The position numbers and the translations under genes were made by a program. The notes beneath the pieces are model-generated. The model was not told where the DNA came from and ran no database searches. It saw only the letters and a program-made list of their open reading frames with translations. From an uncultured Phycisphaerales bacterium (GTDB lineage: Bacteria > Planctomycetota > Phycisphaerae > Phycisphaerales > UBA1924): 64,000 nt of DNA. The DNA lies in NCBI GenBank assembly GCA_937974035.1, contig CALJIV010000049.1, positions 10,638 through 74,637 of the forward strand. The letters run 5' to 3'. Below are positions 1 through 9,500 of the stretch, one piece after another (position 1 is the first letter of the stretch; each line of letters opens with the position of its first letter).

Positions 1-1
1 G

Positions 2-2809
2 ACGGGTCTGGACGCGGAGTTCAAGGCCCTCGATGAGCTGGTCAATGAGATCCGCTCTCGCCCCGCCCCCAAGGACCAGGCCGAAGTCCGGTCGCTGCGC
101 AACGCCATGAACGATGCGGAAGCGAAGCTCGCCGCCCTCGATAAGAAGGTGGCGGAGCTGGACGCCGCGATCGTGGTGATCGACCCGGAGAAGGACCCGC
201 GGCCGGACAAGTGGATGGAAGCGCCGATCGCCGAGCTGGCGGGGCTTCTCAGCGCGGTACTCAAGGACTGCCCCTCCGGCGTGACGATCGAGGGGGCACC
301 CGATCCGGTCGCCCTCCAGATTGAGGTGGACGAGTTCATCGCGCAGGTCAACGAGATTCGCGCGCGGCCGTGGGAGCAGCCCGACCTTACCCCCGTCGAG
401 CAGAAGGCCGCGCAGGCGGAGCTGCACCGTGCGGTGAAGGACGCGATTCTGCGCCAGCGCACCTTGAAGGCGTCGCTGACCAAGGCCAAGGCCGAGGCGC
501 GCGACGTCCTCACCCGGTACGTGCGCTCTCTTGAGCAGCAGAACAAGGACGCGGCGATCGTCCAGTCGGTCCCGCTGCGCGAGGCCTTCGCGATCGGCAT
601 CCGCGCCGCGGACCCGGAGCGGTATCAGGAGCTGGACTGGGCGGGGGTGAAGTCCAAGGTTGAGGCGCTGACGGGGTGGCTCAAGGGGCTGGAGGAGCAG
701 TTCGCGGTTTCGCTGGATGTTTCCCCCATGCCCGGCTCGGCGGTCGCCGTGGACGCCGCGGTGCGTGCCGTGGACGCCCGGCGCGAGCGGGCCCTGGCGA
801 GCAGCGTCGAACCGATGACCTCCAGCGGGAAGATGCCGGGCGATGATCCGGCGTATGCCGAGGCCACGGCGAGGCTGAAGGCGGAGCTGACGGCGTACAT
901 CGAAGGGGTGAAGCGCGTGCTCGCCGACGCGGTGGAGGTCGAGCGGCTGCTATCGCTTGGGTACGCCTACGAGGAAGCCGCGGGCGACAAGTCGATCAAG
1001 TCGCTGCATGAGTCGGTGAACAGCGCGGTGACCGACGGCGGCGCGTACGCGGACATCCGCGCCTCGGTGGAGAGCGTGCTGGGACGCGCGGCGGACCTGC
1101 AGCAGGTCGCCACCGTCACAGACGGCGTGCGCCTGATCAACCTCATCGCCCGCGCCGGGCAGGGGCCCGGAGGGGTGTCGCCCGCGATGGCCGCGTGGAA
1201 CAAGCTGCCGGAGATCGGTTTCCCCGCCGTGCCCGCGGACCTGGACGGGGCGCTGCGCATCCTGAATGAGCAGCTCATTCCCGCGCTGGCGCAGGTCTCC
1301 GACGCGGCCCGCCGCGCGGCTCTTGAGAGCCGCGCGAAAGAAGTGCTCAAGCGGATGTGGACGGTCTACGTGCTGGAGCGCAGCGCGGGCAACTTCGAGG
1401 CCGTGAACGCCGCGTTCTCCGGGCGTGCGAAGTACGGTGTGGCGGACGCGGACATCGCGCAGCTCCCCGCCTGGGCCCGGTACAACTTCGAGCGCTGGAA
1501 GCTCCTGCAGGATGTCGCGGCGGTGAACGTTCCCGACCCCAAGGAGCAGATCAAGCAGCTTCAATCACGGGTGCTGGCCTTCAACCAGGCCGTGGCCGGG
1601 CTGGGGCTGGATGGCCTGGAGGCGGTCAACACGATGGGCGCGCGGCTCAAGCCTTTCGCCGAGGGCAAGGACCTGGACCTGACGCGCGAGGGGCCGGGGC
1701 GGCTGTCGTGGACGACCACCGTCAACGACGCCGACGGGTACTCGGTGACGTACTCGTGGAAGGGGCCGAGCGGGCGTTCGTACTCGCTCGAGTTCCGGCG
1801 CGTCCATGAGAGCGCCGACGCGGCGAGCTATCTCTGCACGACGGAGGTTTCCGCCGGGCTTTTCATCGACCTTGTGGACGCCTACGGGAAGTGGGACGAG
1901 CTGAAGACGCTGACGAACGTCCTGGAGCCGCCGAACGACAACCGCGGGCCGCGGGTGGTGCGGTGGACGCTCGACGGGAAGCTGGACATCAGCCGTCCGA
2001 CGGACCCGGACAAGACGGGGAAGGGGTGGCACCGCTCGCTGGCGGTGGACGACATGCTCCGCAACCCGTACTACCCGCCGGGCGGCGAGCCGGAGCGCGG
2101 GCCGGACTACGTGGACCCCGTGGACTACATCTCTCCCAGTGCCGCGATTTACGTCTCGCGGCTGCTGGGGTGCCGTCTGCCGAGCTCGGAGGAGTGGAAG
2201 GCGGCGCTGGCGAAGTTCCCCGCGCGGACGGCCAACCTGCGGGACGCGGCCTACGCGGCGCAGCACGCGCACATTTCGCGCATCTTCGCCCAGGCGAACA
2301 AGCAGCCCGAGTACCCCAACTACGGCATGCTCAAGCCGACGCCCGCGGCGCTGGAGGCCCTGAAGGTCACCATCCCGCCCGCGGAGCAGGACGGCCAACC
2401 CGCGGTGGAGGGGACCGACGGCTATCTGTTCTTCGCGCCGGTGGACTTCGGCGAGCCCGGCGACGTCTTCCGCAACTTGATCGGCAACGTCTGGGAGTTC
2501 GTCTACGAGGCTCCCGCGGAGCTGGACGCCTTGGCCGTGCCCGCGTCTCCCGCGGACGTGACGGCCCTGACCCGCACCAGGGAGCAGCGCGACAAGGTGC
2601 GGGCCATCGGCGGCTCGGCGCTTTCGCCGAAGGAGCTGCCGATCGATCGCCCGATCGAGTTCAACTTCCTTGCCTCCCGGGCCGGCTTTACGGACGCCGG
2701 CTTCCGCCTCGCGTTTTCGACCGGCGCCGGCACGGGCGGGACGGGGAAGCCCGCCGAACGGCTCGCCAAGATCCTCTCTGTGGACTACCTCCCGGGGGCG
2801 AACCCCTGA
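2..2809 (+). CDS. 5-prime-truncated large protein with C-terminal FGE/SUMF1-like (C-type-lectin-fold) domain; paralog of the periplasmic part of the TagF fusion at 11086..14739
   Basis: The frame is open from base 2 with no stop before the ATG at 107, so the gene probably starts left of the window. The C-terminal ~330 aa carry FGE-family motifs: TTEVSAGLF, GCRLPSSEEWKAA, NLIGNVWEFV, GGSAL, GFRLAFS. These align motif for motif with 11086..14739. An Ala/Glu-rich helical region precedes the domain. Confidence 0.75.
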   Translation, partial: TGLDAEFKALDELVNEIRSRPAPKDQAEVRSLRNAMNDAEAKLAALDKKVAELDAAIVVIDPEKDPRPDKWMEAPIAELAGLLSAVLKDCPSGVTIEGAPDPVALQIEVDEFIAQVNEIRARPWEQPDLTPVEQKAAQAELHRAVKDAILRQRTLKASLTKAKAEARDVLTRYVRSLEQQNKDAAIVQSVPLREAFAIGIRAADPERYQELDWAGVKSKVEALTGWLKGLEEQFAVSLDVSPMPGSAVAVDAAVRAVDARRERALASSVEPMTSSGKMPGDDPAYAEATARLKAELTAYIEGVKRVLADAVEVERLLSLGYAYEEAAGDKSIKSLHESVNSAVTDGGAYADIRASVESVLGRAADLQQVATVTDGVRLINLIARAGQGPGGVSPAMAAWNKLPEIGFPAVPADLDGALRILNEQLIPALAQVSDAARRAALESRAKEVLKRMWTVYVLERSAGNFEAVNAAFSGRAKYGVADADIAQLPAWARYNFERWKLLQDVAAVNVPDPKEQIKQLQSRVLAFNQAVAGLGLDGLEAVNTMGARLKPFAEGKDLDLTREGPGRLSWTTTVNDADGYSVTYSWKGPSGRSYSLEFRRVHESADAASYLCTTEVSAGLFIDLVDAYGKWDELKTLTNVLEPPNDNRGPRVVRWTLDGKLDISRPTDPDKTGKGWHRSLAVDDMLRNPYYPPGGEPERGPDYVDPVDYISPSAAIYVSRLLGCRLPSSEEWKAALAKFPARTANLRDAAYAAQHAHISRIFAQANKQPEYPNYGMLKPTPAALEALKVTIPPAEQDGQPAVEGTDGYLFFAPVDFGEPGDVFRNLIGNVWEFVYEAPAELDALAVPASPADVTALTRTREQRDKVRAIGGSALSPKELPIDRPIEFNFLASRAGFTDAGFRLAFSTGAGTGGTGKPAERLAKILSVDYLPGANP

Positions 2810-2812
2810 GAA

Positions 2813-3031
2813 TCAGTCGTTGGTCGGCACGAACGCCGTCGTGTGCGGCACGAAGGCGGTCTGCACCTGGTCATGGAGGGCAAGATTGCACCCCAGCGCA
2901 TCGCTCGCGGCGATATTGCCGCCGTCCTGCTGGGAAAAGGTGTAGGTGCCGGAGGAGGCAGTTTGGCTGGAGCAGCCGCCGACGACAAGAGCAAACGCGG
3001 CACACGCAGAGAGGCAGAGCAGACGACGCAT
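2813..3031 (-). CDS. small lipoprotein (72 aa), convergent with the FGE-like gene
   Basis: ATG at 3031 is preceded by GGGAG with a 6-nt spacer. The N-terminus MRRLLCLSACAAFALVVGGC has a signal peptide and lipobox. Third-position G/C is high in this frame. Stop TGA lies 3 nt from the stop of the convergent gene. Confidence 0.5.
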   Translation of the reverse strand: MRRLLCLSACAAFALVVGGCSSQTASSGTYTFSQQDGGNIAASDALGCNLALHDQVQTAFVPHTTAFVPTND

Positions 3032-3414
3032 GGTCGAACTCCCGTTGGCCCGTGGTTGCAGGCCTGCGGGAAAGGTCGGCAACTTTCGCCGATCTCCCGA
3101 GCTCGCGACCATGCGAGGGGCGTGTTCGCTCGGGTCTGCGACGATGGGGGGGAGCGGGGCGTGCGGGGGGGACGTGGGGGTGCTGACGGCTGGGAAGGGC
3201 GTGCGGGCGCGGTGGAACCCATGGTTCGGGGCCGAGCGGGCCCAGCGGCGTGGGAGACCTGTTGTTTACGGACCCCGCGATCTGTCTCAAACATCGGACC
3301 TGGGGGAAGTTGTGCGGGGGGGTAAGCCCGATATCATGGGCCCCGGCGGCCGCGCACGGGTGCGCGGCGGTTGTGACTTGATAGCCGCGCCTTTGGCGCA
3401 CGGAGTTGTCCAGC

Positions 3415-4347
3415 GTGATTGAACCGACCTCGGAACGCGGGAGGAAGCTGGCGGCGCTGTCCGCGCGCCTGCGAGTTCTGCACAGCGAGCTGGCCGATCA
3501 GCCCGCGGAGATCCGCGCCGAGCAGCTTCGGGACGAAGTCCAGAGGGCCACGGCGAGCATCGCCCCCGGCGAGCGGGAGGCCTTCCTGACCGGTCTTCTT
3601 GAGCAGTTCCCCACCTGGGCGGACGGGGGCCCGAGCGCCGCGCCTTCGCCCGCGCCTGCCACTGCCGCGGCTGCTCCCCCGCCGGAAATCAAAGACCCCA
3701 AGGTGCTGGCGGAGAAGCTCATCGAGAACTCCCACAACCTGAGCGACGCCGAGCGGGCGGACATCGCCTCTCGCCTCGCGGGGGCGGGCTTCTCGCTGGT
3801 GCAGGTGAAGGAGGCCCCGGGCGGGCTGCCCACGGCGCAGGTCACGGAGTTCAAGAAGGTGGTGGGGCTGCCGCCGGAGACGGAGGTCAATCCCGTCCGC
3901 CTGGTGGAGATCGCGTCCCTGCTCGCGGAGTTCACGCTGAAGCTCGAGCCCTGGGCGTGCAGCTATTGGCGCGACCTGGCTCCCGACGCGAAGAACCAGA
4001 TTTACCAGATCCTGAACAAGGATCTGCCGCGGTACGCGGCGGGGGACGACAAGCTGACGAAGGAGGGGATGCACAAGAACGTGTACAAGCTGCGCAGCCT
4101 GGTCTCGCTGCTGATGAAGGGCGTGATCGAGGCGGGCAAGCAGTTCTCGCGGGATCACCTTGCGAGGTACTCGATCGAGGCCATCCGCGAGGCGGCCCCG
4201 CGCGAGACGTTCAAGAGCGACGAGTACCGCTGCTGGAAGCAGTACGAGCGTCTGATGGAGGGGGTGGACGCGGCGGCGATCGAGAAGCGGCTCAAGCAGG
4301 TGATCGCCAGGGACGTGGACGCCGGGTTGAGCCAGGTGATCCGGTAG
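3415..4347 (+). CDS. hypothetical T6SS-associated protein in the fha/tagH position, with no FHA domain visible
   Basis: Good coding frame directly upstream of tssK. GTG at 3415 has a GGAG 9 nt upstream. The longest ORF starts at TTG 3406, but that codon abuts the GGAG. The protein has a helical N-terminus, a Pro/Ala-rich linker (SAAPSPAPATAAAAPPPE) and a ~200-aa C-terminal domain of unknown family. Confidence 0.7.
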   Translation: MIEPTSERGRKLAALSARLRVLHSELADQPAEIRAEQLRDEVQRATASIAPGEREAFLTGLLEQFPTWADGGPSAAPSPAPATAAAAPPPEIKDPKVLAEKLIENSHNLSDAERADIASRLAGAGFSLVQVKEAPGGLPTAQVTEFKKVVGLPPETEVNPVRLVEIASLLAEFTLKLEPWACSYWRDLAPDAKNQIYQILNKDLPRYAAGDDKLTKEGMHKNVYKLRSLVSLLMKGVIEAGKQFSRDHLARYSIEAIREAAPRETFKSDEYRCWKQYERLMEGVDAAAIEKRLKQVIARDVDAGLSQVIR

Positions 4348-4408
4348 GGATAGATAAGTTCAAGGCCACACGCCGCGGGTTTGGGCCCCGGCGCAACATG
4401 GGGGCATC

Positions 4409-5824
4409 ATGTCGCAGATCGGACAGATCCATTGGCACGAGGGGTTGTTCCTCCAGCCCCACCATCTCCAGACAATGCAGCGGGACCTGGCGGAGACCAG
4501 CGCGCGGGAGCGGCGGCTCTCGTGGCCCTACCCGTACGGCCTGATCGACCTGCGCATCTCGACCGATGCGCTTGAGAACATGCTGGTGCGGATCGACCGT
4601 CTTCGGGCGATCATGCCCAGCGGTCTGGAGATCGACGTTCCGGGCAACGCGGACATTCCGGCGCTGGACATCAAGCGTGTGTTCCAGGCCAGCAGCGGGT
4701 CGTTCACGGTGAGCCTGGCGGTGCCTCTGTGGCAGGCGCAGCGGGCCAACACCGTCGAGCCCACGCCCGCGCAGGGCGGCGGCGGCGCGGCTCACCGTGC
4801 CGTGGCGGAAGAGGCCCGCATCAAGCGGCTCTACCGCGTGGCCGAGATCACCCGTCCCGACGAGAACACGGGCGAAAACCCCCAGCCGGTGATCGTGCGC
4901 CGCTACAACGCGCGCCTGGTGGTGGAGGGGGACGACACCAGCGACATGGAAGTCCTGCCGCTGGTGCGCATCATCCACGCGGCGCAGGAGAGCACTGTTC
5001 CGCGTCCTGACCCCTCCTTCGTGCCGCCCTGCCTCGTGATCGGCGGCTCGCCGACGCTGCGCAACCTGCTCCGCGACCTGGGCGCGGCGGTGGAGGCCTC
5101 GCGCAAGGAGCTGGTGAACCAGATGACCCGCGGCGGGTTCGTCCCCGAGAACCTGCGCGGGCCGCAGCTCATGCAGCTGCTGCGTCTGCGCACGCTCAAC
5201 AAGTTCGCGGCGCGCCTGCCGGTGCTTGTGGCCGGGGGCACGACCGGCGGCGGCTCGATCACGCCCTATCAGGCGTACCTGGAGCTGCGCGAGCTGCAGG
5301 GCGAGCTGGCCGCGCTCTCGCCCGACCGCGATCCCTTCGAGGCTCCCCGCTACGACCACGACAATCCGGGCGTGGTGTTCGAGGAGCTGGACCGGCGCAT
5401 CCGGCCGCTGCTCCGCGGCGACATCCAGAAGAAGTTCCTGCAGGTGCCCTTCACGCGCCAGGACGGCGTCCTGGCGGCGACGCTCACCGACGAGCACCTC
5501 ACGCAGCCCAACGGCTACTTCATCGGCATCCGCACGAAGATGGACCCGACGCAGCTCGGCAAGCTGGTGGAGGATCAGGACCGCTTCAAGCTCATGCCGC
5601 GGAGCATGATCAAGCTCAACATCTACGGCATCAAGCTGGTGGAGGAGCGGCACCCGCCGATGGAGATGCCCAGCAGCATCGACCTGCACTACTTCCGCGT
5701 GGACATCGGCGAGAGCAAGAAGATGTGGGAGCGGATGACGGGCGAGAAGGCCATGGCCATCCGCTGGCCGGAGAACGAGAACTTCGAATACCAGGACGTG
5801 TCGCTGTACATGACGGTGCCGTGA
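4409..5824 (+). CDS. tssK: T6SS baseplate protein TssK
   Basis: 471 aa. The N-terminus IHWHEGLFLQPHHLQ matches the conserved TssK start. Position is before tssL-tssM. Confidence 0.9.
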   Translation: MSQIGQIHWHEGLFLQPHHLQTMQRDLAETSARERRLSWPYPYGLIDLRISTDALENMLVRIDRLRAIMPSGLEIDVPGNADIPALDIKRVFQASSGSFTVSLAVPLWQAQRANTVEPTPAQGGGGAAHRAVAEEARIKRLYRVAEITRPDENTGENPQPVIVRRYNARLVVEGDDTSDMEVLPLVRIIHAAQESTVPRPDPSFVPPCLVIGGSPTLRNLLRDLGAAVEASRKELVNQMTRGGFVPENLRGPQLMQLLRLRTLNKFAARLPVLVAGGTTGGGSITPYQAYLELRELQGELAALSPDRDPFEAPRYDHDNPGVVFEELDRRIRPLLRGDIQKKFLQVPFTRQDGVLAATLTDEHLTQPNGYFIGIRTKMDPTQLGKLVEDQDRFKLMPRSMIKLNIYGIKLVEERHPPMEMPSSIDLHYFRVDIGESKKMWERMTGEKAMAIRWPENENFEYQDVSLYMTVP

Positions 5825-5843
5825 GCGCCGAGCGAGGAATCCG

Positions 5844-6536
5844 ATGACGCTTGTCGAGATCTGCGAACCGCTGCTGGAGTACGTGTGCCGCCTCAACCGC
5901 CTCGGGCGCAAGGGCGGGCGCGCGGACTTCGGGGTCATCCGCGGCGAGATCAAGAGCCTGTTCGCGGAGATGCGGGCCAAGGCCGACGCCACGCCGGGCA
6001 TGAGCGGGCCCTACACCGAGATCGAGCTGGTCCTGATGTTCTTCGTGGACTCGATGATCCTCAACAGCAACCTCGGCGGGGGCTGGAAGCCGCTCTCGCA
6101 CGAGCGGGGCGAGCTGGGCTTCGAGGAGAAGTTCTGGGATCTGCTGGAGGACGCGCTCAAGGACCCGAGCGACTCGGCCACGCAGCGGCTGGCGGTGTTC
6201 TACGTGTGCATCGGCCTGGGCTTCACCGGGCTGTACACGGGGCAGTACGACTACATCCGCCGCAAGATGCTGGAGATCTCGGCGCGTCTGCGCGGGTTCA
6301 TCGACGCGGACCAGGCGGCGCGCATCTGCCCCGACGCCTACGAGAACGTGGACACGCGCAACCTGACGCAGCCTCCCAACCGCAGCCTGACGGCGATGGT
6401 CATCGCGCTGGTGGCGATCACGGGCGTGCTGCTGGTGGCCTACGTGCAGATGTTCCGCCATGCCGCGGGGGAACTCAGCGGCTCGCTGGGGGCGATCCAG
6501 CAGAGCCACGAGCAGAGCGGCAAGGCCGGGACCTGA
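5844..6536 (+). CDS. tssL: T6SS membrane-complex protein TssL (DotU family), with no peptidoglycan-binding extension
   Basis: 230 aa. DotU-like core (LAVFYVCIGLGFTGLY) and a single C-terminal TM helix (LTAMVIALVAITGVLLVAYV) with only a short tail. GAGGAA lies upstream of the ATG. Confidence 0.9.
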   Translation: MTLVEICEPLLEYVCRLNRLGRKGGRADFGVIRGEIKSLFAEMRAKADATPGMSGPYTEIELVLMFFVDSMILNSNLGGGWKPLSHERGELGFEEKFWDLLEDALKDPSDSATQRLAVFYVCIGLGFTGLYTGQYDYIRRKMLEISARLRGFIDADQAARICPDAYENVDTRNLTQPPNRSLTAMVIALVAITGVLLVAYVQMFRHAAGELSGSLGAIQQSHEQSGKAGT

Positions 6537-6560
6537 ACTCGAACGACTGGAGACCGAACG

Positions 6561-9500
6561 ATGCTGTGGTCAGGATTCACGAACCTCCCACGTCCGATTC
6601 AGGCCCTGGCGCTGCTGGCGAGCGGGGTCTGCGTCGTCTCGGTGGCGATGTCCTTCTTCGACACGAGCAACCCGTTCTGGCGGTGGCTGGCGATCGGGTT
6701 CGTCGCCGTGTTCGTGCTGGTCGCGCTGTACCTGCTGGTGATGAAGCTGCGCGACAAGGCCAAGAGCGGCCCCTTCGCCTCGCTCATCGCCAAGGCCGGC
6801 GTCGGGCGCGCGGCGGTGGACCCCGCGCAGAAGGCCCGCATGGACGACCTGCGGAAAAAGTTTGAGGAGGGCGTCAACGCCTTCAAGAGCGCGGGCAAGG
6901 ACCTCTACAGCCTTCCCTGGTTCCTGCTCGTCGGCCCCAGCGGCTCGGGCAAGACCGAGGCGATGCGCCACTGCAACGTGGGCTTCCCCCCCGGCCTGCA
7001 GGACTGCCTGCAGGGCACCGGCGGCACGATGAACATGCACTGGTGGTTCACCAACCACGCGGTGGTGCTCGACACCGCGGGCCGCATGTTCATGGAGGAG
7101 GCGGCGGACGGCCAGGCGACGGAGTGGAAGGAGTTCCTCAAGCTCCTGAAGGACTGCCGCCCCAACGCACCCATCAACGGGCTGCTGCTGGTGATCTCCG
7201 CCGAGAGCCTGCTCAAGGACACCGCGGACAAGATCGAGAAGACCGCCAGCGCCATCGCCCGCCAGCTCGACGTGGTGCAGCGCACGCTCGACGTCCGCTT
7301 CCCGGTGTTCGTCATCGTCACCAAGTGCGACAAGATCGTGGGCTTCCGCGACTTCTTCGAGACGCTCAACGATCCCGCGCTGCAGCACCAGATCCTGGGG
7401 TGGAGCAACCCCGCCCCGCTGGACGAGCCCTTCAAGCCCGAGCAGGTGGATCAGCACCTCGCCAGCGTGCGCGCCCGCCTCATGAAGCGGCGCATGGGCC
7501 TGCTGCAGAACCCCATCCACACCAGCGACCCCAGCGCCCGCCGCACTGACCAGGTGGACGAGCTGTTCGAGCTTCCCGACAACCTGATGCGCATCGCCCC
7601 GCGCCTGCGCCGCTATCTGGAGATGATCTTCGTCGCGGGCGAGTGGAGCCCCAAGCCGCTCTTCCTCCGCGGCATCTACTTCACCAGCTCCATGCGTGAG
7701 GGCCAGGCCCTCGACGTCAGCCTCGCCGAGGCCCTGGGCATCGACGTGGAGTCCATCCCCGGCGGCAAGGAGTGGGACAAGGACAAGGCCTACTTCCTCC
7801 GCGACGTCTTCATGAACAAGGTGTTCAAGGAGAAGGGGCTGGTCACCCGCGCGGCGAACGTCAGCAAGGCGCTGGCGAAGCAGCGGCGGCTGATCCTGGG
7901 CATCTCCACCGCCACGGTGGTGGTGGTGACGGGCGTCGCCGTGCTGGGTTGGTTCCAGTTCAAGAGCTCGCTGGGCCCGCCGAGCCGGTTCTGGTCCCAG
8001 GTGCGCCTGGCCTACGCCGGTGATCCCGACGGCGAGCGCGACCCGCTCGACATCGAGGTCATCAAGAGCGAGGACGGCAAGACGTGGACCTATGTGGGCG
8101 GGCGCGAGTGGGGCCCGCGCGAGGCGCTCGACGATGATCGGCTCGCCACGCCGACGGAGCTGGTGCTTGAGTCCGCGGCGCAGACGCGCCGGCAGATCAA
8201 GCCGCCGCTGATCGCCGCGCCGATCGTCGGCTGGAGCTCGACGTGGAGCGAGGAGCAGGTGCGGGCGCACCGGGCGGTGGCCGAGCGTGCGGTGATCGTT
8301 CCGCTGGTGCAGGCCGCCCGCAGCAAGCTGATGGTGGAGAAGAAGTGGGGGCCCGACGCCGTGGGCGCCCTCGCCCAGCTTCTGCGCCTGCAGACCTACG
8401 CCCTGGGCGCCAAGCCCGCGGACAACGACCCCGGGACCAAGCCGGTGAAGGGTATCGACGCGGACGTGCTGTTCCGCTACGTGCTGGGCGCGGAGTACAA
8501 CACGCGCACCGGCTTCGGCGCGGACCGCGAGAAGCTGGTGAAGGCCGTCGCCGACGCCTACCCCGAGGACTGGGACCCGAAGCGCAACAAGCCCGCGGAG
8601 GTTCTGGGCGGGGCGGACCGCGACTCCATCATGACGATGAACCTCGCGGTGGATGAGCTGGTCAAGCACCTGACCGCTCTGGGCGCCAGCGAAGGCAGCA
8701 AGATGGCGCACCTGACGGACCTGCTCGACGGTCTGTCCACCTTCCGCGATGAGGAGACCAAGCTGCTGAGCCTGGAGTGGTTCCGCTCCGGGCCGGAGGC
8801 GAAGCTGCCGCAGACGCTGGCCGAGTACACGCTCTTCGAGGCGGCGTTCCTCAACAGCGCCGACAAGATCGCGGACAGCCGCGCGAAGATCGACGCCGTC
8901 GCCAAGGCCCTGGGCCCGGCGATGAACGACGTGCCCAGCCTGCTCAAGACGGCGGGCGATGAGCTGCAGAAGGAGATGGCCCAGTACTTCGCGATGCTGC
9001 GGGCCCAGCTCCCCGAGGTGCCCGAGAGCGAGCGCGACTCCTCCAAGATTCACAGGGAGCTTGTGGACCTTCGCGCCAAGCTCGACGAGCAGTCCAAGAC
9101 GGTGGACGCCGCCGTCCGCGCCAAGCTCGAGCAGATGGCGGGCCTGGTGAAGGAGCTGGCCCCGATGGTGGCTCCGGGCCACGCCGACCGCACCGACGCC
9201 CGCGCCTACGTGGCGCGTGCCGAGGCGTACCGCATCGCGGCGGAGGACGTGAAGAACGCCACGGCCCCCCTGACGCCGCCCGTGGACCCCGCGGTGCCCG
9301 TCAGCGACGTGCCGCCTTCGCTCGCCTCGCAGGTCGAGCTTGTGGACAAGAACGTGGCGCAGCTTTCCGCGGCGATCGCCGCGTGGGGCGCGTGGGTTCC
9401 CGATTCGGGCCAGCAGCCCGTGCTCGCGTCGGCGCGGGACGCCTCCGTCAGCCTGGCGCGCCGGGCGCTTGAGGTGGCGCGTTCGCGCCGCCTGGGCGAG

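Noticed and set aside
2813-3031. The small lipoprotein as the missing TssJ
   Set aside because: The mature length of ~52 aa is far below typical TssJ size. The gene is on the opposite strand and outside the tssK-L-M operon, and I recognise no TssJ-like sequence features. It is kept only as a lipoprotein call.
3392-3410. Sigma54-like element TGGCGC-N-GTTGT just before the first T6SS gene
   Set aside because: The spacing and the -12 element do not fit GG-N10-GC. The motif also overlaps the ribosome-binding site and start codon, which makes it too close to be the promoter. No sigma54 activator gene is present in the locus.
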